Position numbers and translations under genes: made by a program. Below the pieces are notes generated by a model that made no database searches, was not told where the DNA came from, and was given only the letters and a program-made list of their open reading frames with translations. A stretch of 55,769 bases of DNA from Acidimicrobiales bacterium (GTDB lineage: Bacteria; Actinomycetota; Acidimicrobiia; Acidimicrobiales; VFJN01). Of this stretch, positions 45,925 to 55,769 are shown piece by piece (within the stretch, counting starts at the first letter, position 1; each line of letters begins with the position of its first letter). The stretch is taken from NCBI GenBank assembly GCA_051306055.1, contig JBPPMN010000362.1, positions 1-55,769 of the forward strand. Direction: 5' to 3'.

Positions 45925-48201
45925 TCAGCCGGCCTGCTTCTGGCGGATGATGTTGAGGGCGCCACCGGCGCGGAACCAGTCGATCTGCTCCGGGCTGAAG
46001 GTGTGGTCGGCGCTGAAGGCCACGGTGGTGCCGTCGGGCTTGTGGATGGTGCCGCGCACCGGCTGGTCGGGGGCGAGAGCGGCGAGGTCGTGGATGCTGA
46101 TCGTGTCGTCCTCGCCGATCTCGTCGTAGGTGGCCGGGTCGGAGAAGGTGAGCGGCAGGAGGCCCTGCTTCTTCAGGTTGGTCTCGTGGATGCGGGCGAA
46201 GCTCCTCGACAGGATGACCTTGGCGTTGCGGAAGCGAGGTTCCATGGCCGCGTGCTCGCGGGAGCTGCCCTCGCCCATGTTCTCGTCGCCGATGGCCACC
46301 CAACCGATGCCCGCCTCGTGGAGGCGCTTGGCGATCTCGGGGAACGGGCGCGTCTCGCCGTCGAGGGGGTCCTTCCCGGTGCCCGCCTCGCCGGTGTAGG
46401 CGTTGACCGCTCCGAGGTAGAGGTTGCCCGAGATGTTCTCGAGGTGGCCGCGGTACTTGAGCCACGGACCGGCGGCCGAGATGTGGTCGGTGGTGCACTT
46501 GCCCTGGGCCTTGAGCAGGATGGGGAGGGTCTCGTAGTCGTTGCCGTCCCAGGCCTCGAAGGCGTCGAGCAGCTGGAGCCGGTCGCTCTGGGGATCGACC
46601 ACCACCTCCACGTCGGTGCCGGCGGGCGGTGGGGCCTGGAAGGTCTCCTCACCCGGATCGAACCCTGCGTCGGGGAGGGCCTGGCCCACGGGCGGGTCGA
46701 GGCGCACTTCCTCGCCGGCGTCGTTGGTGAGGCTGTCGGTGCGGGGGTCGAAGTCGAGCGTGCCGGCCAGGGCCAGGGCGATCACGGTGTCGGGGCTGGT
46801 GACGAAGCTGAGCGTGTTGGCGTTGCCGTCGTTGCGCTTCGGGAAGTTGCGGTTGTAGCTGTTCACGATCGTGTTGAGCTTCGAGGTGTCGAGGTCGGTG
46901 CGGTCCCACTGGCCGATGCACGGTCCGCAGGCGTTGGCCAGCACCGTGCCGCCGATGGCCTCGAGGTCGGCGAGCAGGCCATCGCGCTCGATGGTGGCTC
47001 GCGTCTGCTCGGAGCCCGGGGTGATGAGGAGCTGGGTCTTGGTGCGCAGGCCCTTGGCGGATGCCTGGCGGGCGATGGAGGCGGCCCGCGTGATGTCCTC
47101 GTAGGAGCTGTTGGTGCACGAGCCGATCAGGGCAGAGGAGATCTCGAGCGGCCATCCCTCGGTGCGGGCCGCTTCGCCCACCTCCGCCAGCTGGTGGGCG
47201 CGGTCGGGGGAGTGGGGACCGTTGATCATCGGGCCCAGCTGGTCGAGGTCGATCTCGATCAGCTGGTCGAACACCGCGGCCGGGTCGGCCAGCACGTCGT
47301 CGTCGGCCCGGAGGTGCTCGGCCACGGCGTCGGCGGCGTCGGCGATGGCCGTTCGTCCGGTGGCCCGCAGGTACTCGGCCATGTTCGGGTCGTACGCGAA
47401 GAGCGAGGTGGTGGCACCGATCTCGGCGCCCATGTTGCACACGGTGGCCTTGCCGGTGGCGGTGATGGAGTCGGCGCCGGGGCCGAAGTACTCGATGATG
47501 GCGCCGGTGCCCCCCTTCACGGTGAGGATCTCGGCCACCTTGAGGATGATGTCCTTCGGGCTCGACCAGCCCGACAGCGTGCCGGTCAGCTGCACGCCGA
47601 TGAGCTTCGGCCAGCGCACGTTGAAGGGGAAGCTGGTCATCACGTCGACGGCGTCGGCGCCCCCGACGCCGATGGCCACCATGCCGAGGCCGCCCGCAGT
47701 GGGGGTGTGGCTGTCGGTGCCGATCATCATCCCGCCCGGGAAGGCGTAGTTCTCGAGCACCACCTGGTGGATGATGCCGCTGCCGGGCTTCCAGAAGCCG
47801 ATGCCGTACTTGGCTGACACCGTGCGCAGGAACTCGTAGACCTCGCTGTTGGTGTCGAGGGCGAACTTGAGGTCGATGTCGGCGCCGGCCTTGGCCTGGA
47901 TGAGGTGGTCGCAGTGCACGGTGGAGGGCACCGCCACCTGGGGGAGGCCGGCGGTCATGAACTGCAGCAGGGCCATCTGGGCGGTGGCGTCCTGCATCGC
48001 CACCCGATCCGGCGCGAAGTCGTTGTAGGTGCGCCCGCGGTCGACGTCTTGCGCGGCGTCGCTCAGGTGGTTGATCAGGATCTTCTCGGCGAGGGTGAGG
48101 CCTCGGCCGAGGCGCTCGCGGCCCACGGCGACCCGCTCGGGCAGACGGGCGTAGACCTCGTCGACCAGCTCGATGGGGGTGGAGGCGGCGGCCTCGGACA
48201 T
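45925..48201 (-). CDS. acn: aconitate hydratase, short (about 758 aa, mitochondrial-like) form
   Basis: [40 protein letters not shown] and [10 protein letters not shown] are the Fe-S ligand and active-site motifs. ATG 48201. Confidence 0.92.
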   Translation of the reverse strand: MSEAAASTPIELVDEVYARLPERVAVGRERLGRGLTLAEKILINHLSDAAQDVDRGRTYNDFAPDRVAMQDATAQMALLQFMTAGLPQVAVPSTVHCDHLIQAKAGADIDLKFALDTNSEVYEFLRTVSAKYGIGFWKPGSGIIHQVVLENYAFPGGMMIGTDSHTPTAGGLGMVAIGVGGADAVDVMTSFPFNVRWPKLIGVQLTGTLSGWSSPKDIILKVAEILTVKGGTGAIIEYFGPGADSITATGKATVCNMGAEIGATTSLFAYDPNMAEYLRATGRTAIADAADAVAEHLRADDDVLADPAAVFDQLIEIDLDQLGPMINGPHSPDRAHQLAEVGEAARTEGWPLEISSALIGSCTNSSYEDITRAASIARQASAKGLRTKTQLLITPGSEQTRATIERDGLLADLEAIGGTVLANACGPCIGQWDRTDLDTSKLNTIVNSYNRNFPKRNDGNANTLSFVTSPDTVIALALAGTLDFDPRTDSLTNDAGEEVRLDPPVGQALPDAGFDPGEETFQAPPPAGTDVEVVVDPQSDRLQLLDAFEAWDGNDYETLPILLKAQGKCTTDHISAAGPWLKYRGHLENISGNLYLGAVNAYTGEAGTGKDPLDGETRPFPEIAKRLHEAGIGWVAIGDENMGEGSSREHAAMEPRFRNAKVILSRSFARIHETNLKKQGLLPLTFSDPATYDEIGEDDTISIHDLAALAPDQPVRGTIHKPDGTTVAFSADHTFSPEQIDWFRAGGALNIIRQKQAG

Positions 48202-48248
48202 GGTGGATCCCCTTGCGTCGTCCAGCAGTTGATACAAGTATAGGACAA

Positions 48249-48980
48249 GTGAGAGCGCACCGCTACCGCACCATCGCCGACGACCTGCGCCAGCAGGTGT
48301 CGGCGGGGGTGTTCGCCGCTGGGCGGCTGCTGCCCAGCGAGGCGGAGCTCTCTCGATCCTACGAGGCCAGCCGGGTGACCGTCCGCAAGGCCCTCGAGGT
48401 GCTGCGCGACGAGGGCCTGGTCGACGCCCGCCAGGGCTTCGGGTGGTTCGTGGCCGTCGATCCGCTGCGCCAGTCGCTCGGGCGCCTCGGCACCATCGAG
48501 GCGCAGCTGGCCGCCTCCGGGGTGCGCTCGGAGCGTCGCATCCTCGACTTCGGGTTCGTGGCCGCCCCACCGAGGGTGCGGGCCGTCCTGCGCTGCGACA
48601 CGGTGCTGGAGGTGCGGCGCCTCAACCTGGCCGACGGCGAGCCGTTCGCCCGGGTCACCGTGTGGTGCCCCGACGACCTCGGAGCGTCGCTGTCGCGGGC
48701 CGACGTCGAGCGGGCGCCGTTCTACGAGCTGCTCGACGCGCCGCTCGGCGGGGCGGTGCAGACCATCGGCGCCGCGTCGGTGGGCGCCGACGACGCCGCG
48801 CTGCTGGAGATCCCCGTGGGCTCGCCGGTGCTGCGCTGCGAGCGCACCACAGCCGACCCCTCCGGCCGACCGGTGCTGCACTCGGAGCACGTGTTCCCGG
48901 CCCATCGAACGGAGTTCGTGGTGGACCTCCCGGTAGCCGAGCCGAGCATCGCTCCCACGGGATTGCGCCTCGTCGACTGA
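48249..48980 (+). CDS. GntR-family (HutC/UTRA subfamily) transcriptional regulator
   Basis: wHTH ([31 protein letters not shown]) plus a UTRA-like C-terminus. GTG 48249 is preferred over the track TTG at 48213. Confidence 0.85.
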   Translation: MRAHRYRTIADDLRQQVSAGVFAAGRLLPSEAELSRSYEASRVTVRKALEVLRDEGLVDARQGFGWFVAVDPLRQSLGRLGTIEAQLAASGVRSERRILDFGFVAAPPRVRAVLRCDTVLEVRRLNLADGEPFARVTVWCPDDLGASLSRADVERAPFYELLDAPLGGAVQTIGAASVGADDAALLEIPVGSPVLRCERTTADPSGRPVLHSEHVFPAHRTEFVVDLPVAEPSIAPTGLRLVD

Positions 48981-49003
48981 TCCCACGTCGTAGCATCGGG
49001 GTC

Positions 49004-50662
49004 GTGGGCACGAGCGAAGGTGACCGTGGGGCGGGTCGTCCCGCCGACGTCGCCAGCTCCACGCGGCGCTTCCTCGAGATGTCGATCGACCTGCTCGGGA
49101 TCCTCGACCTCGACACCAAGATCCTGGAGCTGAGCGACTCCTGGCAGCGCACCTTCGGCTGGACCCGGCAGGAGCTGCTGGGCACGCCGCTCCTCAGCTA
49201 CTTCCACGAGGAGGACATGCCGCAGATCGCGGTGGAGCTGGCCACCCTGCTCAGTGGCGGCGATGCGGTGGCGGTCACGGTGCGCATCCGGGCCCAGGAC
49301 GGCTCCTACCGGTGGGTGCAGGGCAACGCTCGCTCCGACCTCGACGAAGGCCGCATCTACGTCACCGCCGCCGACATCACCGAGCGCAAGGGCCTCGAAG
49401 AGGCCCTCCGCCGACAGGTGGAGCTGGAGGAGCAGGTCGCCACCACCACGGCGCGGCTGGTGGCCACCTCGGCCGAAGAGGTGCCGGCGGTCATCGAGCA
49501 GGGCATCGGCGACCTGGCCCGCATGATGGGAGCCGACCGCTCCCACTTCCTGCGTGGCCGGCACCTGGAGGTGATCACGGCCCTCGAGTGGCGCGATCCC
49601 GAGGTCGATCCGCGATCCCACATCCCCGATCCCGACCCTGAGGTGCGCCGGTGGTGGCTCGACGTGCTGCGCTCAGGCCAGCTCCTGCGCCTCGAGGACG
49701 TCGGGGAGCTCGGCGTCACGGCCCCCAAGGTGCTGGCGGCGCTGCGAGCCGAAGGGGTGCGATCGGTGCTGGTCGTGCCGCTCCCGACCCATCGCGGGTG
49801 CTGGGGCTTCCTCGCCCTGATCGCCACGGTCTCACGGGTCTCCTTCAACGACGATGCCACCGCCCTGCTGCGCCTGGCCGGCGAGTCGTTCCTCACCGCG
49901 CTGGCCCGGGCCGACGACGCCGCTGCGCTGCACGACGCCCGGCGCGAGCTCGAGCACCGCAACGCGGAGCTCGAGCGGTCCAACGAGGAGCTCGAGCGCT
50001 TCGCCTACGCCGCCGCCCACGACCTCAAGGCGCCGCTGGCTCGCATCGAGATGGCCCTGGCCGCCGCTCCGGGCACCGGCGATGCGTCCGATGAGCTCCT
50101 CCAGATCGCCCGTCGCGGCGCCAACCGGATGCGCCAGCTCATCGAGGACCTGCTCACCTTCGCCGCCATCGGGGCCGGCCGCGGCACGCCCGAGCCGGTC
50201 GACCTCGACGACCTCGTAGCCCAGGTGCTGGCCGATCTCCAGGCCACCGTGACCGAGCAGGACGCCGTGGTGGAGGTCGGGCGGCTGGGCGAGGCCTGGG
50301 GCCAGGCGACGCTGCTGGGCCAGCTCCTGCAGAACCTCCTCGCCAACGCGCTGAAGTTCACCCGAGCGGGGGTGGCCCCGCAGGTGTCGGTCACCACGTC
50401 GAGCGACGAGCGCGGCGTCACCCTCACCGTGGCCGACAACGGCGTCGGCATCGCGCCTGCCCAACGCGAGGAGGTGTTCGGGGTGTTCACCCGGCTGCAG
50501 CCCGACGACCATCGGGCCGGGAGCGGCATCGGGCTGGCCACCTGCGCCAAGGTGGTGGCCACCCATGGCGGCACCATCCACATCGACGACGGGATCGATG
50601 GTGGCACCTCCGTGGTGGTGTGGCTGCCCCACGGGCCCACCGACCCGCCGCCCTCGGGCTGA
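49004..50662 (+). CDS. cytoplasmic PAS-GAF histidine kinase (orphan)
   Basis: PAS (DGSYRWVQGNA), GAF-like middle, coiled coil, H-box AAHDLKAPL, N-box LLANALKFT, DNGVGI and GSGIGLA. GTG 49004, or ATG 49079. Confidence 0.85.
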   Translation: MGTSEGDRGAGRPADVASSTRRFLEMSIDLLGILDLDTKILELSDSWQRTFGWTRQELLGTPLLSYFHEEDMPQIAVELATLLSGGDAVAVTVRIRAQDGSYRWVQGNARSDLDEGRIYVTAADITERKGLEEALRRQVELEEQVATTTARLVATSAEEVPAVIEQGIGDLARMMGADRSHFLRGRHLEVITALEWRDPEVDPRSHIPDPDPEVRRWWLDVLRSGQLLRLEDVGELGVTAPKVLAALRAEGVRSVLVVPLPTHRGCWGFLALIATVSRVSFNDDATALLRLAGESFLTALARADDAAALHDARRELEHRNAELERSNEELERFAYAAAHDLKAPLARIEMALAAAPGTGDASDELLQIARRGANRMRQLIEDLLTFAAIGAGRGTPEPVDLDDLVAQVLADLQATVTEQDAVVEVGRLGEAWGQATLLGQLLQNLLANALKFTRAGVAPQVSVTTSSDERGVTLTVADNGVGIAPAQREEVFGVFTRLQPDDHRAGSGIGLATCAKVVATHGGTIHIDDGIDGGTSVVVWLPHGPTDPPPSG

Positions 50663-51904
50663 TCAGCCCACCGGGCGCACCTCGAGCACCTCGCCGCCCA
50701 GCGTGAGGATCCAGGGGAGGTCGGCCGGACCCGGCAGGATCGCGATCGGGTTCTGCGCTCGGATGCCGGTGTCGAGCAGCTCCGGCGGCCCGTCGTCGTC
50801 GGCTCGGAGCCCGATCAGATGGCCCTTGCAGTAGTCGGTGTGGAGCAGCCAGCCGTCGAGGGCGGGGAGCAGCGACGAGCGCGGCACGTAGCCGGCCACG
50901 ATCGAGCACCAGCCGGCGCGGTGCGAATAGGTGAGCTCCGGCTCGAGCTCCTCCCCCGGGACCTCACCGCCGAGGAAGTCCTCGGTGCCCTCCTTGTGGT
51001 TCCAGCCCAGGTTGCGCCCCCCGGAGCCCGCGCCGGTGGGGAGGCGGTCGAGCTCCTCCCAGCACGACTGGCCCACGTCGCCCAACCAGAGGTCGCCGGT
51101 CTCGGGATCGGTGCTGAGGCGGAACGGGTTGCGCACGCCGAGTGCCCACACCTCCGGCGCGTGCCCGTCCACGCCGACGAAGGGGTTGTCGGGCGGCACG
51201 AGGTAGGGCTGCTCGCCCTCGGGCGTGGGGTCGATGCGCAGCACCTTGCCCAGCAGGGTCGACGGGTCCTGTGCGTTCTCACGCGGATCGCCCAGGCCGC
51301 CCCCGTCGCCGAGGCCCACGTAGAGCATCCCGTCGGGGCCGAAGGAGAAGGCGCCACCGTGGTGCTGGATGGAGTCGGGGTGGTCGACGAACAGGATCTC
51401 CCGGTCGTCGCCTGACACCAACCGGCCGTCGTCGCCGACCCGGTGGGCCACGATCACGTCGTCGCGGTCGGCCGTGGCGCGGTAGGAGTAGAGCCAGCCG
51501 CCTCCCGGGTCGTAGGCCAGGGCCAGCAGGCCGCCATCGCCCTCGTCCTGGGTGTCGTCGCTCAGGTCGACCAGCACCTCGTCGGTGATCTCGCCGGCCT
51601 CGACCCGCAGGAGGCGTCCGAGGCGCTCGCCCAGCACGCCGTCGCCGGAGCCGTCAGGGGCCAGGGCGAGGCTGGTGGGCTGCTCTGCTTCGCCCACCAC
51701 CACCGCCTCGATGGTGCCAGGGGGCAGCTGCGGCGGAGCCGGCGCCTCCTCCAGCGGCGGGCACGGGCGATCGGTGGCCAGGCGGTTGGGGCTGGGTCCC
51801 TCCTCGGCGGGCTCGCGGTCCCACTGCATCCAAGCGATCGCTCCGACGGCGATGGCGGCTGAGCCCAGCACCCCCACGAGGAACACGACGATGCTGCGGC
51901 GCAC
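50663..51904 (-). CDS. membrane-anchored PQQ-dependent sugar dehydrogenase (soluble GDH / sorbosone dehydrogenase beta-propeller family)
   Basis: N-terminal anchor helix. Motifs HHGGAFSFGPDGMLYVGLGDGG, GKVLRIDP, WALGVRNPFRL and LGWNHKEG. GTG start. Confidence 0.8.
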   Translation of the reverse strand: MRRSIVVFLVGVLGSAAIAVGAIAWMQWDREPAEEGPSPNRLATDRPCPPLEEAPAPPQLPPGTIEAVVVGEAEQPTSLALAPDGSGDGVLGERLGRLLRVEAGEITDEVLVDLSDDTQDEGDGGLLALAYDPGGGWLYSYRATADRDDVIVAHRVGDDGRLVSGDDREILFVDHPDSIQHHGGAFSFGPDGMLYVGLGDGGGLGDPRENAQDPSTLLGKVLRIDPTPEGEQPYLVPPDNPFVGVDGHAPEVWALGVRNPFRLSTDPETGDLWLGDVGQSCWEELDRLPTGAGSGGRNLGWNHKEGTEDFLGGEVPGEELEPELTYSHRAGWCSIVAGYVPRSSLLPALDGWLLHTDYCKGHLIGLRADDDGPPELLDTGIRAQNPIAILPGPADLPWILTLGGEVLEVRPVG

Positions 51905-52090
51905 CGCAGCGAAGGTAGCGGTCGCGGGAACCGGGTCGGCACCACCCGTCGTCGAAGTCGACGATGCTCGCCCTGTCTGCCACCGCGGTGGCCCTCGCCG
52001 TGCTGGCCACCTCCACCGCCGTCGCGCTCATCGCCTGGCTGCTCGGGTCGCCCGGGGTCGTGGTGTCGCCGCGCCAGCCGAGGGGTGGGG

Positions 52091-52999
52091 CTAGAGCTTC
52101 GGCCAGGGGCGGGTCTGCCGGCGCCGCTTCCGGGAGCGGTCGCCCAGCGCCCAGGCCCGACGCCACGCCGGAGCATCGGGACCGCTGAGCGCCGGGGTGG
52201 TGCCGGCCGCCGCCCGACGGTTGGCCTGCCACCAGTCGGTCGATGCTTCGTCGGCCAGGGTGGCGACGGCCCGCTCGATGCGCTCCGCGTAGCGGCTGGC
52301 GCTCTCGCCCTCAACCGGCCGCAGCGGGGTGCCGAAGGTGACCCGCACGTTGGCCGGCGTGGGGCGCTTGGCCCCCTTGCGGAGGATCTTGGCCGTGCCC
52401 TCGATGTGGAGCGGCACCACCGGCACGTCGCACCGGCTCGAGAGGTAGGCAGCACCGCCCCGGAAGGTCTGGCCCCAGCCGTCGGGCGAGCGCCCGCCCT
52501 CGGGGAAGATGAGCATCGACCAGCCCTGGGCGATCAGCGCGGCGGCCTGGTCGGCCGAGCGGCGCGTCACCTTGGAGCGCTCGATCGGGATGGCCCCGAT
52601 CACCAGCGCGGAGACGGTGGAGGTGGCCCGCGTGCGGAAGAAGTAGTCGGCCGCCGCCCCCACGAACACCTTGTAGCGCCAGGGCTCGGGGATCGACGTG
52701 AGCACCACCGGGGTGTCGAGGTGGCTGTGGTGGTTGCCGGCGAAGATCACCGGTCCGTCGGTGAGCCCGGCGAGGCGGTCGAGGCCGTGGCGCTCCGGGG
52801 CACCGAGGGCAGCCACGGCCGGGCGCAGCACGCTCTCGAGCAGCACGGTGCGGGCGAACCGGGCCGGGAACCGGCGGGCCCAGTCGGAGTCGTAGTCGGC
52901 GCCGTAGCGACGGGCGGCCGGGCGCGGCTCCACGCCCCCGGGCGTGGTGGGGGCGCTGAAGGGGAACGGCAGCTTCGGCGGCCGCACCGGGATCCTCAT
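52091..52999 (-). CDS. PlsC-family (lysophospholipid / 1-acylglycerol-3-phosphate) acyltransferase
   Basis: Motifs NHHSHLDT, GAIPIERS and FPEGGRS. ATG 52999 overlaps the upstream stop (ATGA). Confidence 0.8.
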   Translation of the reverse strand: MRIPVRPPKLPFPFSAPTTPGGVEPRPAARRYGADYDSDWARRFPARFARTVLLESVLRPAVAALGAPERHGLDRLAGLTDGPVIFAGNHHSHLDTPVVLTSIPEPWRYKVFVGAAADYFFRTRATSTVSALVIGAIPIERSKVTRRSADQAAALIAQGWSMLIFPEGGRSPDGWGQTFRGGAAYLSSRCDVPVVPLHIEGTAKILRKGAKRPTPANVRVTFGTPLRPVEGESASRYAERIERAVATLADEASTDWWQANRRAAAGTTPALSGPDAPAWRRAWALGDRSRKRRRQTRPWPKL

Positions 53000-54591
53000 G
53001 TGACGTCGGCCATCACGATCGGCGGGTTGTGCAGGTGGGTGATGGTGGCGTCGCGGCCCACCACGTCGGCCGCCATCTCGAGGGCATCGTCGAGGGTGGA
53101 CGCCGGGGTGAACCCGAGGCGCCGCACCGAGCGGGGCTCGCCGCCCACGATGATCACCTTGGCGACGTGGCTCATGCCGTGGCAGCCCCAGTACCACATG
53201 TAGAACGGGTGGACGCCGTGGTAGGCGTAGCTGGTGCGGTAGAGGTGGCGGTACCACTCGTCCTCCGCGTAGCTCTTCTCGAAGCGGGACTCGATCTCCA
53301 CCGGATCGGTGGTCTCGGCCAGCACCTGCTCGAAGAAGTCGATGTAGCTCGGGTGGTGCACCGGGTGGAACTCCCACGGGGTGGGGTGGCTCATGATCAC
53401 CACGCCGCCCTCACGCACGAGCGGCTGGCCCCGGTACATGTTGAAGAAGTAGCCGAGGCCCAGGCACATCACCAGGATCGGGTTCATCACCGAGTTCACG
53501 TTGTAGGGGCAGATGTACGGGAGCCCCATGGTGAGGATGTCGGTCTGACCCTCGATCTCCACCAGCTGCTGCTCGAACACGTTGGCGGTGGTCACCTCGT
53601 GGACGGCCTCCACCTCGCCGGCCTGGACCGAGGTGATGCCGTAGGGCGACAGCCACGACTGGAAGATCCGGCGCCGCGCCTTCATGGGCAGGCGGTCGAG
53701 GCCGGCCTTCATCCCGATGAACGTGGCCCGATCGCGGGCCGTCCACTCCCACTCGCGCTTCTGCAGCACCGACATCGGCCCGGACGTGCCGAACGTGTCG
53801 TTGTTGAGGGTGGTCTCGATCTGGAACACCTTGATGCCGCTGTTGCGCAGCACCTCGCCCATGCGCCAGTTGGAGGAGTGGAGCTCGCTCTTGTGGCGGT
53901 CCATGAAGCTGCGCGAGTGCTGCATGGTCTTCACGTTGTGGTGGTGGCGCAGCGACTTGTAGGAGGACAGGCCCGTGGCGGTCGACTTCCAGCCGCCGTC
54001 CATCGACACGAGGTTGATGTTCACGTAGACGATGAGGTCGCTGTCGGCCGCCCGCTTGTTGATCTCCACCTCCTCGCCGTGCTTCGTCTCGCCGATGAAC
54101 GAGAGGTTGTCGGGGTCCTCGGCGTCGTGGTTGTAGAGGTGGCCCTGGGGGGCGAAGGCGTCGTAGACGCGGTCGCCCACGGCGTGGCGCAGCTCGGCCT
54201 CGGTCATGCGCCGGTGCAGGGCCAGGGCCGCGATCAGGTGCACGTCGTCGACACCGGCGGCGGCGGCTTCGTCGAGCACCGCCTCGATCACCCGCTGGCG
54301 CACGTCGGGACGTCGCATCGGGGGCAGGGGGAGGCTGATGTCGTCGAAGGCGATGGTGAGCTTCATCCCCGGGTGCAGGAGGGCCCGCAGCGGCTCGGAG
54401 TCGCCGAGTGGGTTGGCCAGCGCGAGGCGGATGGCGGCGTCGGGGTCGTCGAGCGGCTCCAGCGGCTCGCCGGGATAGAGCACCCGGCTGCGACCGGCGG
54501 GCAGGCGCTCGAGCTTCAGCGACTCCCCGTGGTGGAACAGGATCGGCGGCGTGGACTTGTCGACGTCGAGGACGAATCCGGGGCGGGGCAT
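52996..54591 (-). CDS. lactate racemase (LarA)-like / DUF2088 domain protein, long (531 aa) form
   Basis: The N-terminal half resembles the LarA family as I recall it, including MDGGWKSTATGLSSYKSLRHHHN (compare the GG.K...PG......H region). ATG 54591 shares one nucleotide with the upstream TGA. Confidence 0.75.
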   Translation of the reverse strand: MPRPGFVLDVDKSTPPILFHHGESLKLERLPAGRSRVLYPGEPLEPLDDPDAAIRLALANPLGDSEPLRALLHPGMKLTIAFDDISLPLPPMRRPDVRQRVIEAVLDEAAAAGVDDVHLIAALALHRRMTEAELRHAVGDRVYDAFAPQGHLYNHDAEDPDNLSFIGETKHGEEVEINKRAADSDLIVYVNINLVSMDGGWKSTATGLSSYKSLRHHHNVKTMQHSRSFMDRHKSELHSSNWRMGEVLRNSGIKVFQIETTLNNDTFGTSGPMSVLQKREWEWTARDRATFIGMKAGLDRLPMKARRRIFQSWLSPYGITSVQAGEVEAVHEVTTANVFEQQLVEIEGQTDILTMGLPYICPYNVNSVMNPILVMCLGLGYFFNMYRGQPLVREGGVVIMSHPTPWEFHPVHHPSYIDFFEQVLAETTDPVEIESRFEKSYAEDEWYRHLYRTSYAYHGVHPFYMWYWGCHGMSHVAKVIIVGGEPRSVRRLGFTPASTLDDALEMAADVVGRDATITHLHNPPIVMADVT

Positions 54592-55745
54592 CAGAGGTTG
54601 TCTCTCTCTCGTTCCGACCGCAGGTCGAAGGCGATCTTGACGGCGCCGCGGGATCCGGCTGCCGCGGCATGGGCCACGGCCTCCTCGTAGCGACCGAGCG
54701 GGTAGGTGGCGCTCACCAGGCGACCGAGGTCGAGCTCGGCCACCAGGTCGAGGGCGGTGTCGAAGTCGTGGCGCTGGTAGGCGTAGGCACCGCGCAGCGC
54801 CACCTCCCGCTGCCAGAGCGGGGTGAGGTCGACGGTGGTGACGCCGGGCATCCCGACGGCGTGGATGGTGCCGCCCGGCGCGGCGACGCGCAGGGCCTGG
54901 GCGATGGAGTCGGGTGAGCCGACGCAGTCGACCACCGCCTCGATCCCGCCGCCCAGCTGACCGTTGTCGAGGCGCATCGTGCCGGTGCGGGCCCGCACGG
55001 CGCGGTCGAGCTCGCCGGGAGCCACCACCGCATCCGCGCCCAGCTCCTTGGCCAGGGCCTTCTGGTGCGGGTGCTTGCCGGTGGCCAGGATCTCGATGTC
55101 GGGGCGGGCGTGGCGCAGGGCGGCGATGGTGAGCAGTCCGAGGGTGCCGCTGCCGATGAGGGCGACCCGATCGGCCTCCACCTGGGCGGCGGCGTGCACG
55201 GCGCAGGCGGTCGGCTCCACCAGCACGGCGGCGACGTCGTCCAAGGCCTCGGGCACGGACACCAGCTGGCTGTCGTGGGCCACCATGAGCGTGGACCAGC
55301 CACCCCCCGTGCTCTCGCAGAACCCGCACTGCAGACCGGGCTCGAGCTGCCCGAAGCCGACGCGCTCGCAGTGGTTGATGCGACCGTCGGCGCACGGCGG
55401 GCAGACCGGCGAGATGCCGCGGGCGACGCAGCTGAGAACCGGCACCACGACCACGCGCGAGCCGTCGTCGAGATCGCCCACCACCTCGTGGCCAGGTGTG
55501 AACGGGAACGACACGATCGGCTCGAACCAGCGCGAGGAGGTGCCGGCGAGGGTGGCGAGGTCGGATCCGCAGATGCCGGCCAGCCGGGGCCGCACCCGCT
55601 GCCAGCCCGGGCCGGGCAGCTCGGGCGGATCGATGTCGCGGAGCGCCAGCGGACCCACCTTGGCGCCGGCACCGGGGGACAGGCGCCCGGCCACCATGGC
55701 GGCGGCGAACTTGGCCGGCTTCCGGGAGAACACCAGCGCCTTCAT
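54591..55745 (-). CDS. zinc-dependent medium-chain alcohol/polyol dehydrogenase
   Basis: GICGSDL, GHEVVG, a structural-zinc Cys cluster (CPPCADGRINHC) and the Rossmann motif LIGSGTLGL. Confidence 0.88.
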   Translation of the reverse strand: MKALVFSRKPAKFAAAMVAGRLSPGAGAKVGPLALRDIDPPELPGPGWQRVRPRLAGICGSDLATLAGTSSRWFEPIVSFPFTPGHEVVGDLDDGSRVVVVPVLSCVARGISPVCPPCADGRINHCERVGFGQLEPGLQCGFCESTGGGWSTLMVAHDSQLVSVPEALDDVAAVLVEPTACAVHAAAQVEADRVALIGSGTLGLLTIAALRHARPDIEILATGKHPHQKALAKELGADAVVAPGELDRAVRARTGTMRLDNGQLGGGIEAVVDCVGSPDSIAQALRVAAPGGTIHAVGMPGVTTVDLTPLWQREVALRGAYAYQRHDFDTALDLVAELDLGRLVSATYPLGRYEEAVAHAAAAGSRGAVKIAFDLRSERERDNL

Positions 55746-55769
55746 CGGGGGGATCCTGTGGTGTCGACC

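Noticed and set aside
51964-52188. 74-aa plus-strand ORF with a hydrophobic N-terminus in the 186-bp gap after the PQQ dehydrogenase start
   Set aside because: Its last 98 nt would run antisense through the 3' end of the PlsC-like gene, and the C-terminal half is Arg/Gly/Ala low-complexity. No Shine-Dalgarno site is visible. A shorter real peptide cannot be excluded.

Overview
Very GC-rich segment with strong GC3 bias. It is most consistent with an Actinomycetota chromosome, possibly Acidimicrobiia-like; this is inference from gene content and a 6C-type RNA, not a search. All family calls below were made by reading motifs by eye; no database search was run. I support about 52 protein genes, one tRNA-Val(GAC), one candidate 6C-family small RNA, and several hairpins and palindromes. 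I saw no rRNA, CRISPR array, transposase, integrase or phage gene. Most long ORFs in the six-frame track are GC-driven antisense or out-of-frame artefacts with Arg/Gly/Pro/His-rich translations. The real genes are tightly packed, and many adjacent pairs share ATGA, GTGA or TGATG stop/start overlaps. Modules from left to right: (1) partial membrane protein, MTAP, epimerase. (2) OmpR-type two-component system divergent from a translationally coupled DUF2064, methyltransferase, membrane-anchored molybdoenzyme and small membrane protein operon. (3) MBL hydrolase, DUF2277, a large unknown membrane protein, a Trm11-like methyltransferase and a His/Asp-rich membrane protein. (4) HU, PutA, ABC exporter, Lrp/AsnC. 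(5) Homogentisate pathway operon (hppD, hmgA, FAH-family) led by a heme-oxygenase-like diiron gene. (6) tRNA-Val followed by an accessory-looking block: TetR with a 28-bp operator palindrome, PNPOx-like, MMPL, NarL-type two-component system, SDR, SRPBCC, an HTH plus B12-binding candidate photoregulator, and two tiny membrane protein genes, one absent from the ORF track. (7) Small hypothetical genes and a tandem-duplicated zinc metallopeptidase lipoprotein. (8) Pat-like GNAT/ACS fusion, acyl-CoA dehydrogenase, quinone reductase, citrate synthase, carboxyltransferase, LysR. (9) 6C-like RNA, HAD-PlsC fusion, GGDEF protein, short aconitase, GntR, PAS-GAF kinase, PQQ-type sugar dehydrogenase. (10) A coupled Zn-ADH, LarA-like and PlsC-like operon. 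I found no obvious defence or toxin system. The most unusual items are the B12-regulator and micro-protein locus, the DUF2064/molybdoenzyme operon, the diiron gene fused into the tyrosine catabolism operon, the ADH/LarA-like/acyltransferase operon and the triple C-loop RNA.
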